Shown: positions 36,022 through 45,493 of the stretch, piece by piece
Layout: each line of letters begins with the position of its first letter
How positions within the stretch are numbered: position 1 is the first letter of the stretch
Source of the DNA: an uncultured Oscillospiraceae bacterium
GTDB lineage: Bacteria > Bacillota > Clostridia > Oscillospirales > Ruminococcaceae
Length of the DNA stretch: 64,000 nucleotides
NCBI GenBank assembly: GCA_902463265.1
Contig: CABQEV010000003.1
Coordinates: forward strand, 92,242 to 156,241
Direction of reading: 5' to 3'
The notes under the pieces: model-generated
Database searches by the model: none
What the model was told of the DNA's origin: nothing
The model's input: the letters and a program-made list of their open reading frames with translations, nothing else
Made by a program: the position numbers and the translations under genes

Positions 36022-37782
36022 TCAAACATAAATTGCTGTGATCGTTATGTTGGAGTGGATATTTTCGCCCGAGTTATCCCAGTGTGAGAAGGTCTTGCCC
36101 TCGATCTCACGGGGAACGGGAAGCGTTACCGAACTGCCGGCGTATACCTGAGTGGTCGTTAGCTGTCCGCCGTTGTCGATGGTAACGGTATATACGGTGT
36201 TTTCGTTGTCAAACACCGCAGTGATGGTAACATCTGATGTGATGTTGTCAAGCGACCTGCTCCAGCCGACAAATATCTGACCGGCTGAGTTTCTGTCGGG
36301 AGTGAGCGGCGGAACAGCAGATGTTCCGTAGGGAATGCGCTGTGTGTAAAGTGTTCCGTCGATGCTGAATGTTACGACACATTCAGCGGCAGATGTTTCG
36401 CCGCCTTCAAGAAGGGCGGTTATCGTGCAGTCCTCTGTGATATTGGTGAGAGGTCTGTCCCAGCCTGTTATCACAATTCCGCCCAGAATGATATCGGACG
36501 GGATCTCAGCATTTCCGCCGTACGGAACTAACTGTGTTCTGCTTTCTCTGCCGATAACAAGCGTTACCGTCAGTTCCTTGGCTTCAAAGAGTGCATTTAT
36601 CGTTATATCCGACGTAATATTTGTTCCTGTATTGTCCCAGCCTGTGAACAGATAGCCTGTTTTTGTGGGATTTTCGGGGAATACGGCATTTCCGCCTTCT
36701 TCGACCTCCTGAGCTGTCCTCATTCCGTCAATATCAAATGTTACGGTGTAAGTTTTTTTGCCTGTGGACGGTGCAGAGGATTCAGTTGTCTGCGGTGCCG
36801 AGGTTGCAGTTGTTGTCGGCGATGTTGTTGCGGGAGCCTGTGTTGTCGTTGTTATTGCAGCGGATGTCTGGATAACAGATGCGCTGGAGATCACCTGGAT
36901 ATCATCAACAGTTTCTCTCGGAGGTTCTGTTGTGACGGTTTCGGGCATTGTAACACTTACAACATCGGTAGTTGTGAATGTATCGGCAGTCTGGATAGAC
37001 TCTGAGCTGTCGGGAACATCGGTCGTATCTTCAGTTTCCTTTTCGTCTATCACAGCCTGTATCTCCGCCGCAGAATATGGAAGGGTAACAAAAGCTGATA
37101 TCTTATAAAGTCCCTTCAAAGCGGCAGTCGGGATATCACTGAGAGCAAACTCATAGTTCAGCGTATCGAACTGAGATGTTGTGTTGAGCAGAAGTGCTTT
37201 TGCAGTGGTCTGCGGGAGAAGCGCAAGGTTCTTGTCAACAGTATTTCCCGCTGCATCGTAAAGCTGGATATGCATCTTGTTCAGCATATTCCAGCACTGC
37301 GTGTAATTCTGCGAATCATAAGCATTGTAAATAACGGCAGCAGCGGTATTATCCATCTCGAAGAGACCGTTTGCCGTTCTCAGTCGGATAAATCCTTTTT
37401 CGGAGCTTGCGTTGTTGACGGAGGCTGTGCCCTGGATAAGATTTATCTCAGAGGGCTTTCCGCCGCTGAAATCTCCGCTGATTATCGCCTGTGTGTATTC
37501 GCCGAGAATAACGAAATTATTGTCCTTTTTCTTGCTTGTCTGGTATGTGACAGTGCAGCTTCCGCCGCCTTCAACAGTGATTATCTCAAGCTTGCTGAGT
37601 CTGTCGCCTGCGGAGAGCTTGGCTCTGCCGTTGTCATTGCTGTCAACATAAACATTTCCTACTACCTCTGTGACATAAGCACCTGAGCTTCCGCCGCCGC
37701 CGTTTACTATCAGGACAGTTGCAATTATCGCAGCGATGGCAAGTGCAGCCGCAGCGATCGCAATTTTTATATTGGTTGACAT
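36022..37782 (-). CDS. Membrane-anchored FecR-like domain protein with Thr-rich linker and four Listeria-Bacteroides (Flg_new-type) repeats
   Basis: N-terminal TM (IAIAAAALAIAAIIATVLIV) and a FecR-like beta region (VVGNVYVD...AKLSAGDRLSKLEIITVEGGGSCTVTY). Four C-terminal repeats end GYLFTGWD/VITGWD/IFVGWS/TFSHWD...ITI(N/T)A(L/V/I)(F/Y). GAAAGGAAG RBS 9 nt upstream. Confidence 0.75.
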   Translation of the reverse strand: MSTNIKIAIAAAALAIAAIIATVLIVNGGGGSSGAYVTEVVGNVYVDSNDNGRAKLSAGDRLSKLEIITVEGGGSCTVTYQTSKKKDNNFVILGEYTQAIISGDFSGGKPSEINLIQGTASVNNASSEKGFIRLRTANGLFEMDNTAAAVIYNAYDSQNYTQCWNMLNKMHIQLYDAAGNTVDKNLALLPQTTAKALLLNTTSQFDTLNYEFALSDIPTAALKGLYKISAFVTLPYSAAEIQAVIDEKETEDTTDVPDSSESIQTADTFTTTDVVSVTMPETVTTEPPRETVDDIQVISSASVIQTSAAITTTTQAPATTSPTTTATSAPQTTESSAPSTGKKTYTVTFDIDGMRTAQEVEEGGNAVFPENPTKTGYLFTGWDNTGTNITSDITINALFEAKELTVTLVIGRESRTQLVPYGGNAEIPSDIILGGIVITGWDRPLTNITEDCTITALLEGGETSAAECVVTFSIDGTLYTQRIPYGTSAVPPLTPDRNSAGQIFVGWSRSLDNITSDVTITAVFDNENTVYTVTIDNGGQLTTTQVYAGSSVTLPVPREIEGKTFSHWDNSGENIHSNITITAIYV

Positions 37783-37834
37783 AAGATATAACTTCCTTTC
37801 GGGAAAATCAATATATCGCAGTTGATATTATAAT

Positions 37835-37884
37835 GGGTTTTTAGAGGTTCCCATAATAAAAACCATAATTCAACGGGTTTTTAG
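37835..37884. repeat. Two perfect 10-bp direct repeats GGGTTTTTAG spaced 40 bp in the intergenic promoter region
   Basis: The copies lie at 37835-37844 and 37875-37884. On the minus strand one copy abuts a TATAAT box. Confidence 0.6.
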
Positions 37885-37886
37885 TA

Positions 37887-39125
37887 TTACATATAGCCGT
37901 CAACATCTCCGAAGAATGATACTACCGATCCTGTTTCTGCAGGTACGGGAGCGGGAATTGGGAGAGTTCCCGTTTCTGACTCAGAAGATGTTTCAGTCGG
38001 CACGTAGTTGGAATTTTCGCTTGTTTCGCCGTCCGAAGATGTGTCGGGAGCGGTGGTTTCCGACTCCGCAGGTGCAGTCGTGACTTCTGAGAAGGATTCC
38101 TCCGCAGTGGTTTCCGGGGGAGATGTCTCGGTTGTCTGTTCCGATGATGTTTCGGCTGATGTTCCGGCAGATGTAGTTTCAGTATCGCCGCCTGTTGTTA
38201 CCAGATTGGTTTTGATCTCCGTTTCGGTCGTTTCGGGAGGCTCGGTCGTTGTGATCTCGATATTCCCGGCAGATGTCTCGGTGACGGAGGTCTCAGCCTC
38301 TGTTCCGTTCTGCATAAGATACTTTTCAGATGCGCCGAAAAGTGCGTCATTAAGCTCGGAAAGAGAGAACACGATGCTTCTTTCGCCGCAGATCTTTATA
38401 AGCTCTTTTATGGTGTAGAAATCAAGGCTTGCTGCTGTGAATTCCTGATTAAGATAGAGATATTCAGCGGCAGAATCGCCCGAAATAAGCTGTGCCGAGG
38501 TCTTAGGCAGCAGGAGCATGCTGTTTTCGACAGGCTGTGCATTTTTGTCATAAAGCTGGAGAACTACCGATCCGTCGAGATTGTGGACGGTCGTTATGCT
38601 TGCATTTGTGTATTTCAGGTATTCGGGGAGATATTCAAAGCTTGTTCTGAACACCGTTCCCTTTGCGCTGACCGCAGCATTCGGAGTCTTAACGGCGAAA
38701 ACCGCCTTTGCCGACATCGGCTTGTTTATCTGGCAGATAACAGCACCCGAAGTGAGGTTTACGTTCGTTGAACCGTTCTTTGCAGATCCGTCATATGTAA
38801 TATATGCAGATGTACCCGGTTCAAATGATATTATCTTGCTTCCGTCAACGGATACCCTTACGGTGCTTGCGTCGGATGTGGTTATGGTGTCACCGCTTTT
38901 GAGTACGGTTCCGACAGCCGGATTAACGGGAACTCCGTCTCTCATTAGAGAAATAACGCCGTTTATTTCGGATATGGAAACAGATCTTTTAACATTTGCA
39001 CCTATATATAATATCGCAGCGATTATCACAGCAATGACCGCAGCCGCAGCCAGAGCGACCGCCGCAATTGTTTTCTGCGTATCGTTAAGCTTCCTCATAA
39101 AAGGGATTTCACGCTCCTTTTTCAT
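37887..39125 (-). CDS. Membrane-anchored FecR-like domain protein with acidic Thr/Glu/Ser-rich tail (paralog of 36022-37782)
   Basis: N-terminal TM (IAAVALAAAAVIAVIIAAILYI) and a FecR-like region (ISEINGVISLMRDG...VGTVLKSGDTITTSDASTVRVSV). The central region aligns with the neighbour (LQLYDKNAQPVENSMLLLPKTSAQL vs IQLYDAAGNTVDKNLALLPQTTAKAL). Confidence 0.7.
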   Translation of the reverse strand: MKKEREIPFMRKLNDTQKTIAAVALAAAAVIAVIIAAILYIGANVKRSVSISEINGVISLMRDGVPVNPAVGTVLKSGDTITTSDASTVRVSVDGSKIISFEPGTSAYITYDGSAKNGSTNVNLTSGAVICQINKPMSAKAVFAVKTPNAAVSAKGTVFRTSFEYLPEYLKYTNASITTVHNLDGSVVLQLYDKNAQPVENSMLLLPKTSAQLISGDSAAEYLYLNQEFTAASLDFYTIKELIKICGERSIVFSLSELNDALFGASEKYLMQNGTEAETSVTETSAGNIEITTTEPPETTETEIKTNLVTTGGDTETTSAGTSAETSSEQTTETSPPETTAEESFSEVTTAPAESETTAPDTSSDGETSENSNYVPTETSSESETGTLPIPAPVPAETGSVVSFFGDVDGYM

Positions 39126-39145
39126 TTATCGGCATTATTGCTCTC

Positions 39146-39174
39146 ATTATAACATATTAATTGTCTTTTGTCAC
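39146..39174 (-). promoter_or_regulatory. Sigma-A type promoter of the FecR-like gene pair
   Basis: On the reverse strand: GTGACA (39174-39169), 17 nt, TATAAT (39151-39146). Confidence 0.55.
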
Positions 39175-39203
39175 TACTTTTTGACTACAATTTGATTACA
39201 ATT
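39171..39203. repeat. Three tandem 11-bp direct repeats overlapping and upstream of the -35 element
   Basis: Plus strand: TCACTACTTTT (39171-39181), TGACTACAATT (39182-39192), TGATTACAATT (39193-39203). Confidence 0.65.
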
Positions 39204-39257
39204 TATTTTTTAGATGGAAAAAAGCGTGAATTATGTTCTGTTTTTCATGTTTTTCAT

Positions 39258-39284
39258 AAAAAATCCCGCCTTTTTACGGGCGGG
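39258..39284 (-). terminator. Intrinsic terminator after the 299-aa membrane protein gene
   Basis: CCCGCC / GGCGGG stem. ATTTTTT follows it on the reverse strand, directly after the stop at 39292. Confidence 0.6.
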
Positions 39285-39291
39285 AAGTATT

Positions 39292-40191
39292 TTAAAGACC
39301 GTTTTCAAGGTTTTGCTCAATATATGTGTCCTTGACAGCAATAAGCGTCAGATTGTCGCCTCGCTTGGAAACGACATACTCAACATATTTTTCGGGAATG
39401 ATCTCGTCCTCCGTATCGGCAAGCCATGCAGGGGTAGGGGACACATAGCCGACCTTCAGCGTATAGCTCTCGCCGATTCTGCTTATCTCTTCTATCCTCG
39501 GCGAATAGGAGAAATACTTCGGATTTGACGGAACACGGTAGGATTTTATCTCATCATCGTAATAAAACTGAAATCCCGGGGTGTTGATGGTCTTATGTTC
39601 AAATGTCAGACCTGTTCCGAAAAGCTTGGTAGCGTGCTGTTCAACGTCCATTTCGGGAACGATGATAGTATCGAATTCCGATTCGTACTTGCTTTTGTCC
39701 TCGTAGAGGATAATATCCCAGATAGCAGCAGTGATCGTAGTGTCGGAACGCAGCTTTACTGTCTGGTCGAAGGGTGCAGGATCGCACATAACTATGGGAT
39801 AGATGAATTTTTCAAATTCCTTTTTCTGCTGTGTATTGTCAGCAATTCCCGCAAAGAAGCTTACAGTTGCGGAAATAGTGGAGATAAGTCCGATAAGTGC
39901 CATGATTATAACGATAACGCCCGTGATTATGTAGCGTTTTTTGATCTGCGCTTCCGTCAGCACCTTTGCTTCTGCGGCAGGTGCGGCTGCCTCCTGTTCA
40001 AGCTCCTCAAACTCGGAGATATCCTCATCGAGAGCATCATCGAAGATCTTTTTGAGGTTTTCGATGGATTCCGATGACTCTTCCTTGATCTCCTTTTTTA
40101 TCTTTTTGACATCGGCCCTGCGGACCTTTTTCTTTTTCAGCTTCTTTGTCTGTCCCGTTTTTTTCAGGTATTCGTCATAGTCGAAAAACAA
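39292..40191 (-). CDS. Hypothetical single-pass membrane protein with Lys/Glu-rich cytoplasmic N-terminus
   Basis: TTG start with a GGAAAGGA RBS. A charged ~95-aa N-terminus is followed by one TM (YIITGVIVIIMALIGLISTISATV) and a ~180-aa extracytoplasmic domain. It begins 24 nt downstream of proA. Confidence 0.6.
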   Translation of the reverse strand: MFFDYDEYLKKTGQTKKLKKKKVRRADVKKIKKEIKEESSESIENLKKIFDDALDEDISEFEELEQEAAAPAAEAKVLTEAQIKKRYIITGVIVIIMALIGLISTISATVSFFAGIADNTQQKKEFEKFIYPIVMCDPAPFDQTVKLRSDTTITAAIWDIILYEDKSKYESEFDTIIVPEMDVEQHATKLFGTGLTFEHKTINTPGFQFYYDDEIKSYRVPSNPKYFSYSPRIEEISRIGESYTLKVGYVSPTPAWLADTEDEIIPEKYVEYVVSKRGDNLTLIAVKDTYIEQNLENGL

Positions 40192-40215
40192 GCCTTCAAC
40201 AATCCTTTCCGTAGA

Positions 40216-41469
40216 TCAGCGGATCTGTCCGTTTCCGTTGATGAGGTATTTTGCAGATGTAAGCTCGGCAAGTCCCATGGGACCTCTTGCGTGTACCTTC
40301 TGAGTCGAGATGCCTATCTCAGCACCGAAGCCGAATTCCGAACCATCGGTGAAGCGTGTCGATGCATTGACGTAAACACATGCCGCATCGACCTCTTTCT
40401 GGAATTTCTCTGCATTTTTAAGGCTTTCTGTGACGATGCATTCCGAGTGCTTTGTGGAATATTTTGCGATATGCGCAATAGCCTCGTCAATGTCGGAAAC
40501 AACCTTTACGGAGATTATATAGTCGAGGAATTCTGTTGCGTAATCCTCCTCCGATGCGGGAACAGCACCGTTTCCGAGTATTCTTACAGTTTCGGGGCAG
40601 CCTCTGAATTCAACATTGTGTTCATCAAGACGTGCCTTTATCATCGGCAGTATCTTTTCTGCGCAGTTCTTGTGGATAAGCAGGCTTTCGATAGCGTTGC
40701 ATACTGACGGACGCTGAGTTTTTCCGTTATCCACGATATTTACAGCCATTTCGGGATCTGCGGATTCATCGACATAAACATGGCAGTTTCCCGTTCCTGT
40801 TTCGATTATAGGCACTGACGCATTTTCCTTTACCGCGCGGATAAGTCCTGCGCCGCCTCTCGGGATAAGCAGGTCAAGGTATTTGCTGCATTTCATGAGC
40901 TGAGTTGTGACCTCTCTTGTGGTGTCGTCCACGAACTGGATGACATCTTCGGGCAGACCTGCCGATTTTACGGCATTTCTCATTACTTCGCAGAGTATTT
41001 TGTTTGAATGATAAGCGTCCTTTCCGCCTCTGAGAATGCAGGTGTTTCCCGATTTCAGGCAGAGAACGGCAGCGTCAACTGTAACGTTCGGACGGGATTC
41101 AAAAATAATTCCGATAGTTCCGATAGGCACTCTGACCTTCTGTATTTTCATTCCGTTCGGGCGGACGCTTCCCGAGATGACATTTCCTACGGGATCTTCA
41201 AGCTTGATAACGCTGAGAACGCCGTCTGCTATGCCCTTTATTCGCTTTTCATCGAGCATAAGGCGGTCGGTCATTACCTTTGATATGCCGTGGTCTGCGG
41301 CTGCGGCAACGTCCTTTTTGTTCTCCTCGATGATAGCTGCGGAGTTTTCGGTAAGTGCATCTGCGATAGCCCTGAGAGCGGCATTTTTCTGCATTGTCGA
41401 TGCAACAGCGGCAGCGGTTTCCGCAGCTTTTGCCTTAGCGCCGAGTTCTTCGATGTAAGTCATATTCAT
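40216..41469 (-). CDS. proA: Glutamate-5-semialdehyde dehydrogenase (gamma-glutamyl phosphate reductase)
   Basis: 417 aa with a typical ProA N-terminus and aldehyde-dehydrogenase core (NASTRFTDG). Overlaps proB by 4 nt. Confidence 0.9.
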   Translation of the reverse strand: MNMTYIEELGAKAKAAETAAAVASTMQKNAALRAIADALTENSAAIIEENKKDVAAAADHGISKVMTDRLMLDEKRIKGIADGVLSVIKLEDPVGNVISGSVRPNGMKIQKVRVPIGTIGIIFESRPNVTVDAAVLCLKSGNTCILRGGKDAYHSNKILCEVMRNAVKSAGLPEDVIQFVDDTTREVTTQLMKCSKYLDLLIPRGGAGLIRAVKENASVPIIETGTGNCHVYVDESADPEMAVNIVDNGKTQRPSVCNAIESLLIHKNCAEKILPMIKARLDEHNVEFRGCPETVRILGNGAVPASEEDYATEFLDYIISVKVVSDIDEAIAHIAKYSTKHSECIVTESLKNAEKFQKEVDAACVYVNASTRFTDGSEFGFGAEIGISTQKVHARGPMGLAELTSAKYLINGNGQIR

Positions 41470-42260
41470 TCTCCTTTGCTTGTAAATACCGTGCCTGCCT
41501 GCTTTCCGTCGAAGAGGTCATACAGGACGGAGGGGTTTCTTCCGTTGAGGATAACCATGTCTATGCCTGCGTTTGTTGCGATCTCTGCGGCATTTATCTT
41601 TGTTATCATTCCGCCGCTTCCGAGTGCCGAGCCTGTGCCGCCTGCGATGCTTCTTATCTCATCGTTTATCTCGTCAACAACGGGGATAAGCTTTGCACTT
41701 GGGTCGGTGTTCGGGTTGCCTGTGTAAAGTCCGTCAATATCGGACATTATTATCAGCAGATCGGCATTGCAGAAAATACCTACCTGTGCCGCAAGCGTGT
41801 CGTTTTCGCCGAATTCAAGCTCCAGCTCATCAATAGCTATTGTATCATTTTCGTTTACGATGGGGATAACGCCCTTTTCGATAAGCTTCTCGAATGTATT
41901 TTCAACATTGTTTTTTCTGGGCGAATCGGTCACATATTTAGTCAGCAGCAGCTGTGCCACTGTCAGGTTATATTCGCCGAAAAGCTTGTCGTACATATAC
42001 ATAAGCTCGCACTGACCGACAGCTGCGCATGCCTGCTTCATAGGTGTGTCCTTCGGTCTTTCGGTCAGTCCCAGTTTTGACATTCCGAGACCTACCGCAC
42101 CCGATGATACGAGAATAACTTCGTGTCCCGCATTTTGCAGGTCCGCAAATACCTTTACAAGCCTTTCAACTCTGCGGATATTGAGCCTTCCCGTGCGGTG
42201 GGTGAGCGTGGAGGTGCCGAGCTTGATGACTATTCTTTTTTTATCGTTTATATTGAACAT
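41466..42260 (-). CDS. proB: Glutamate 5-kinase (short form without PUA domain)
   Basis: KRIVIKLGTSTLTH...VILVSSGAV is the amino-acid kinase fold. Start ATG 42260 has a GGGAG RBS. Confidence 0.9.
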   Translation of the reverse strand: MFNINDKKRIVIKLGTSTLTHRTGRLNIRRVERLVKVFADLQNAGHEVILVSSGAVGLGMSKLGLTERPKDTPMKQACAAVGQCELMYMYDKLFGEYNLTVAQLLLTKYVTDSPRKNNVENTFEKLIEKGVIPIVNENDTIAIDELELEFGENDTLAAQVGIFCNADLLIIMSDIDGLYTGNPNTDPSAKLIPVVDEINDEIRSIAGGTGSALGSGGMITKINAAEIATNAGIDMVILNGRNPSVLYDLFDGKQAGTVFTSKGE

Positions 42261-42278
42261 ATAATTATCTCCCAAAAT

Positions 42279-43226
42279 TCAGTTTACGTTATTCAGCTTC
42301 CGTCCCTCGGAAAATGCCAGCAGATTGTCATAGACTATGCCGACAAGACGCTCTCTTGTCTGGAGCGGTGCCCATGCGACATGCGGAGTAAGGATACAGT
42401 TCGGCGCAGTGAGGAGCGGACAGTCCGGATCCATAGGTTCAGTTTCTATGACATCGGCTGCTGCGGCTGTGATCTTTCCTGAAACAAGAGCGTCCCTGAG
42501 TGCGTTTTCATCAACGATAGGGCCTCTTGCTGTGTTTATGACGACTGCCGTTTTCTTCATGAGCGACAGCGTGCGTTCATTCACAAGCTTTCTTGTCTGT
42601 TCGGTAAGAGGACAGTGGACTGACAGGAAATCCGCTTCCGCAAAAACAGTGTCGAGATCCGCAAATCTAACGGAACTGTCTGTCTGCGGCGTTCTCGTAT
42701 GCACTATAACATTCATTCCGAACGCTTTTGCTATCTCTGCGACCTTTTTTCCGATGCTGCCATAGCCGATGATACCCATATTTTTGCCCGCAAGCTCGGT
42801 CAGCGGGAATGGGAAATAGCAGAAATTGGGTGAATTTATCCAGTCGCCGATATGGACAGACTGATTATAAACAGCGACTCTGTTGGTCAGATGCAGGATA
42901 AATGCAAAGACGTGCTGAGCAACCGCATCTGTCGAATATGCCGGGACATTCGTTACGGTTATGCCGCGTTCGCTTGCGGCGGCGATGTCGATATTATTGT
43001 ATCCCGTAGCGCACACGCCGATATATTTAAGCTTCGGCAGCGATGCGATCACATCGGCAGTAAACAGTGTTTTGTTGCAGAGGACGGCATCAGCATCAAT
43101 GCATCGTTCGGTTATCTGCGACGGGTGAGTGGCCTCGTACTCGGTAAAATCCCACTTTTCGTGGAATTTATCAAAGGAGATATCCCCGACAGATATTGCC
43201 TGTTTTTCAAGAATTACCGCTTTCAT
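42279..43226 (-). CDS. D-isomer-specific 2-hydroxyacid dehydrogenase (glycerate dehydrogenase-like)
   Basis: NAD-binding GIIGYGSIGKKVA and the catalytic region RGPIVDE...TPHVAW. Start ATG 43226 follows a GGAGGAAAAG RBS. Confidence 0.85.
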   Translation of the reverse strand: MKAVILEKQAISVGDISFDKFHEKWDFTEYEATHPSQITERCIDADAVLCNKTLFTADVIASLPKLKYIGVCATGYNNIDIAAASERGITVTNVPAYSTDAVAQHVFAFILHLTNRVAVYNQSVHIGDWINSPNFCYFPFPLTELAGKNMGIIGYGSIGKKVAEIAKAFGMNVIVHTRTPQTDSSVRFADLDTVFAEADFLSVHCPLTEQTRKLVNERTLSLMKKTAVVINTARGPIVDENALRDALVSGKITAAAADVIETEPMDPDCPLLTAPNCILTPHVAWAPLQTRERLVGIVYDNLLAFSEGRKLNNVN

Positions 43227-43545
43227 CAGGCTTTTCCTCCGTCTTTTCGGATCTGTTTTCCGCTTCTGCGGCTTCTTCCTCGGCTTCACGCTTCTTTGTA
43301 TATTTATGCATCGAGATCATGGCCAGCACAAACAGAACGATCTCTTCCAGACCGAGAAGCGCTATGAACCAGCTGCTGTGATCGACGTAAATAAGCAGTG
43401 TTGAGAGTATGCCCAGCATAAGGTAAAGCTGATATTTTTCCTTTCTGATCTTGAAATGTATTCCCAGAACGATCAGGCTTATTACAATAAATCCGATATG
43501 CAGGGGGAGGGGCAGGGGAAAAATTACGGAATATTGGTTGACCAT
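43207..43545 (-). CDS. Small hypothetical 3-TM membrane protein with acidic tail
   Basis: 112-aa ORF overlapping the downstream dehydrogenase start by 20 nt. Three hydrophobic helices, then EAEEEAAEAENRSEKTEEKPDE. Confidence 0.5.
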   Translation of the reverse strand: MVNQYSVIFPLPLPLHIGFIVISLIVLGIHFKIRKEKYQLYLMLGILSTLLIYVDHSSWFIALLGLEEIVLFVLAMISMHKYTKKREAEEEAAEAENRSEKTEEKPDESGNS

Positions 43546-43712
43546 GTGTTTCAGATCCTTTCATGAAATTCACATTTCAGTATATCACACATTTCACTGA
43601 TTTGCAAGAGAAAAGCGCATTATTTATCTTTCCCGTGGGATAATTTTCTGAATTTAAACGGATTTTGGTTATTTTCAACAATTATTTCTGCGCCGATATT
43701 ACCCGATTATGC

Positions 43713-43741
43713 TTGACAAATGGGATTTTGCATAGTACAAT
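43713..43741 (+). promoter_or_regulatory. Sigma-A promoter of ilvD
   Basis: TTGACA (43713-43718), 17 nt, TACAAT (43736-43741). Confidence 0.6.
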
Positions 43742-43775
43742 TATATAAAAATCATCTATAAAAGAGGTATGGATC

Positions 43776-45440
43776 ATGGCATGTAATTTTTTCTGCGACG
43801 GAGTTGACAAGGCTCCTCAGCGTTCACTTTTCAACGCTCTCGGCATGACTAAGGAGGAAATGGAAAGACCTCTCGTAGGCATCGTTTCTTCATATAACGA
43901 GATCGTTCCCGGTCATATGAATATCGACAAGATCACAGAGGCTGTAAAGCTCGGCGTTGCTATGGCGGGCGGAACTCCTGTTGTTTTCCCTGCCATCGCT
44001 GTCTGCGACGGTATCGCTATGGGACACGTCGGAATGAAGTATTCCCTCGTAACACGTGACCTTATCGCAGATTCAACAGAGTGCATGGCACTTGCTCATC
44101 ACTTCGATGCTCTTGTCATGATCCCCAACTGCGACAAGAATGTTCCGGGTCTGCTGATGGCTGCTGCAAGAGTCAATGTTCCGACTGTGTTCGTTTCGGG
44201 CGGACCTATGCTCGCAGGACACGTAAAGGGCGGAAAGACCTCGCTTTCAAGCATGTTCGAGGCTGTCGGCACATACAAAGCAGGCAAGTTCGGCATTGAA
44301 GATGTCGAGGAATTCGAGAACAAGGCTTGCCCGACCTGCGGTTCATGTTCAGGTATGTACACAGCAAACTCCATGAACTGTCTTACTGAGGTTCTCGGCA
44401 TGGGACTCAGAGGAAACGGTACAATCCCTGCTGTATATTCCGAGAGAATAAAGCTTGCAAAGCACGCAGGCATGGCTGTTATGGAGCTTCTCAAGAAGAA
44501 TATCCGTCCCAGAGATATAATGACAGAGGCTGCATTCAAGAATGCTATCGCCGCTGATATGGCGCTCGGCTGCTCCACAAACTCAATGCTCCATCTCCCC
44601 GCTATCGCACATGAATGCGGCATCGAGCTTGATCTTGAGCTGGTAAATCAGATCTCGGAAAGAACGCCCAACATCTGTCATCTTGCTCCTGCGGGACATA
44701 CATATATGGAAGATCTCAATGAGGCAGGCGGCGTTTATGCCGTACTCAATGAGCTTGCAAAGAAGGATCTTATCGACACAAGCTGCATGACATGCACAGG
44801 AAAAACTGTTGCTGAGAATATCGCAGGCTGCGTAAACAAGGATCCTTCGATCATCCGTCCTATCGACGATCCGTTCATGCCCAACGGAGGAATCGCAGTT
44901 CTGAGAGGAAATCTTGCCCCCGATACATGCGTAGTAAAGCGTTCTGCTGTCGCTCCCGAGATGCTGAAGCATTCGGGCCCCGCAAAGGTATTCGACTGCG
45001 AGGAGGACGCACTTGACGCTATCAACAGCGGAAAGATCGCTGACGGCGATGTTGTTGTTATCCGCTATGAAGGACCTAAGGGCGGCCCCGGAATGAGAGA
45101 AATGCTCAACCCGACCTCCGCTATTGTCGGAAGAGGACAGGGAAGTACGGTTGCCCTCATCACTGACGGACGTTTCTCGGGCGCAACAAGAGGCGCTGCT
45201 ATCGGCCACGTATCTCCCGAAGCTGCTGTCGGCGGACCTATCGCACTTGTAAAGGACGGCGATATCATCGACATCGACATCAACGCACACAGCATCAGCC
45301 TGCGTGTAAGCGATGAAGAGCTTGCAAAGCGCCGTGCGGAGTGGACACCCCGTCAGCCCAAGATCACAACGGGATATTCCGCAAGATATGCATCTCTCGT
45401 AACATCTGCAAACAGAGGAGCTATCCTTGAAGTAAAATAA
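43776..45440 (+). CDS. ilvD: Dihydroxy-acid dehydratase
   Basis: 554 aa. [16 protein letters not shown] and [17 protein letters not shown] are IlvD/Edd family motifs. Confidence 0.9.
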   Translation: MACNFFCDGVDKAPQRSLFNALGMTKEEMERPLVGIVSSYNEIVPGHMNIDKITEAVKLGVAMAGGTPVVFPAIAVCDGIAMGHVGMKYSLVTRDLIADSTECMALAHHFDALVMIPNCDKNVPGLLMAAARVNVPTVFVSGGPMLAGHVKGGKTSLSSMFEAVGTYKAGKFGIEDVEEFENKACPTCGSCSGMYTANSMNCLTEVLGMGLRGNGTIPAVYSERIKLAKHAGMAVMELLKKNIRPRDIMTEAAFKNAIAADMALGCSTNSMLHLPAIAHECGIELDLELVNQISERTPNICHLAPAGHTYMEDLNEAGGVYAVLNELAKKDLIDTSCMTCTGKTVAENIAGCVNKDPSIIRPIDDPFMPNGGIAVLRGNLAPDTCVVKRSAVAPEMLKHSGPAKVFDCEEDALDAINSGKIADGDVVVIRYEGPKGGPGMREMLNPTSAIVGRGQGSTVALITDGRFSGATRGAAIGHVSPEAAVGGPIALVKDGDIIDIDINAHSISLRVSDEELAKRRAEWTPRQPKITTGYSARYASLVTSANRGAILEVK

Positions 45441-45451
45441 TATCGTATCAT

Positions 45452-45493
45452 AAAAAGGTCTGCACCTCAGACAATAAGGTGCAGACCTTTTTT
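45452..45493. terminator. Bidirectional intrinsic terminator
   Basis: 11-bp stem AGGTCTGCACC / GGTGCAGACCT flanked by A5 and T6, between convergent genes. Confidence 0.8.
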
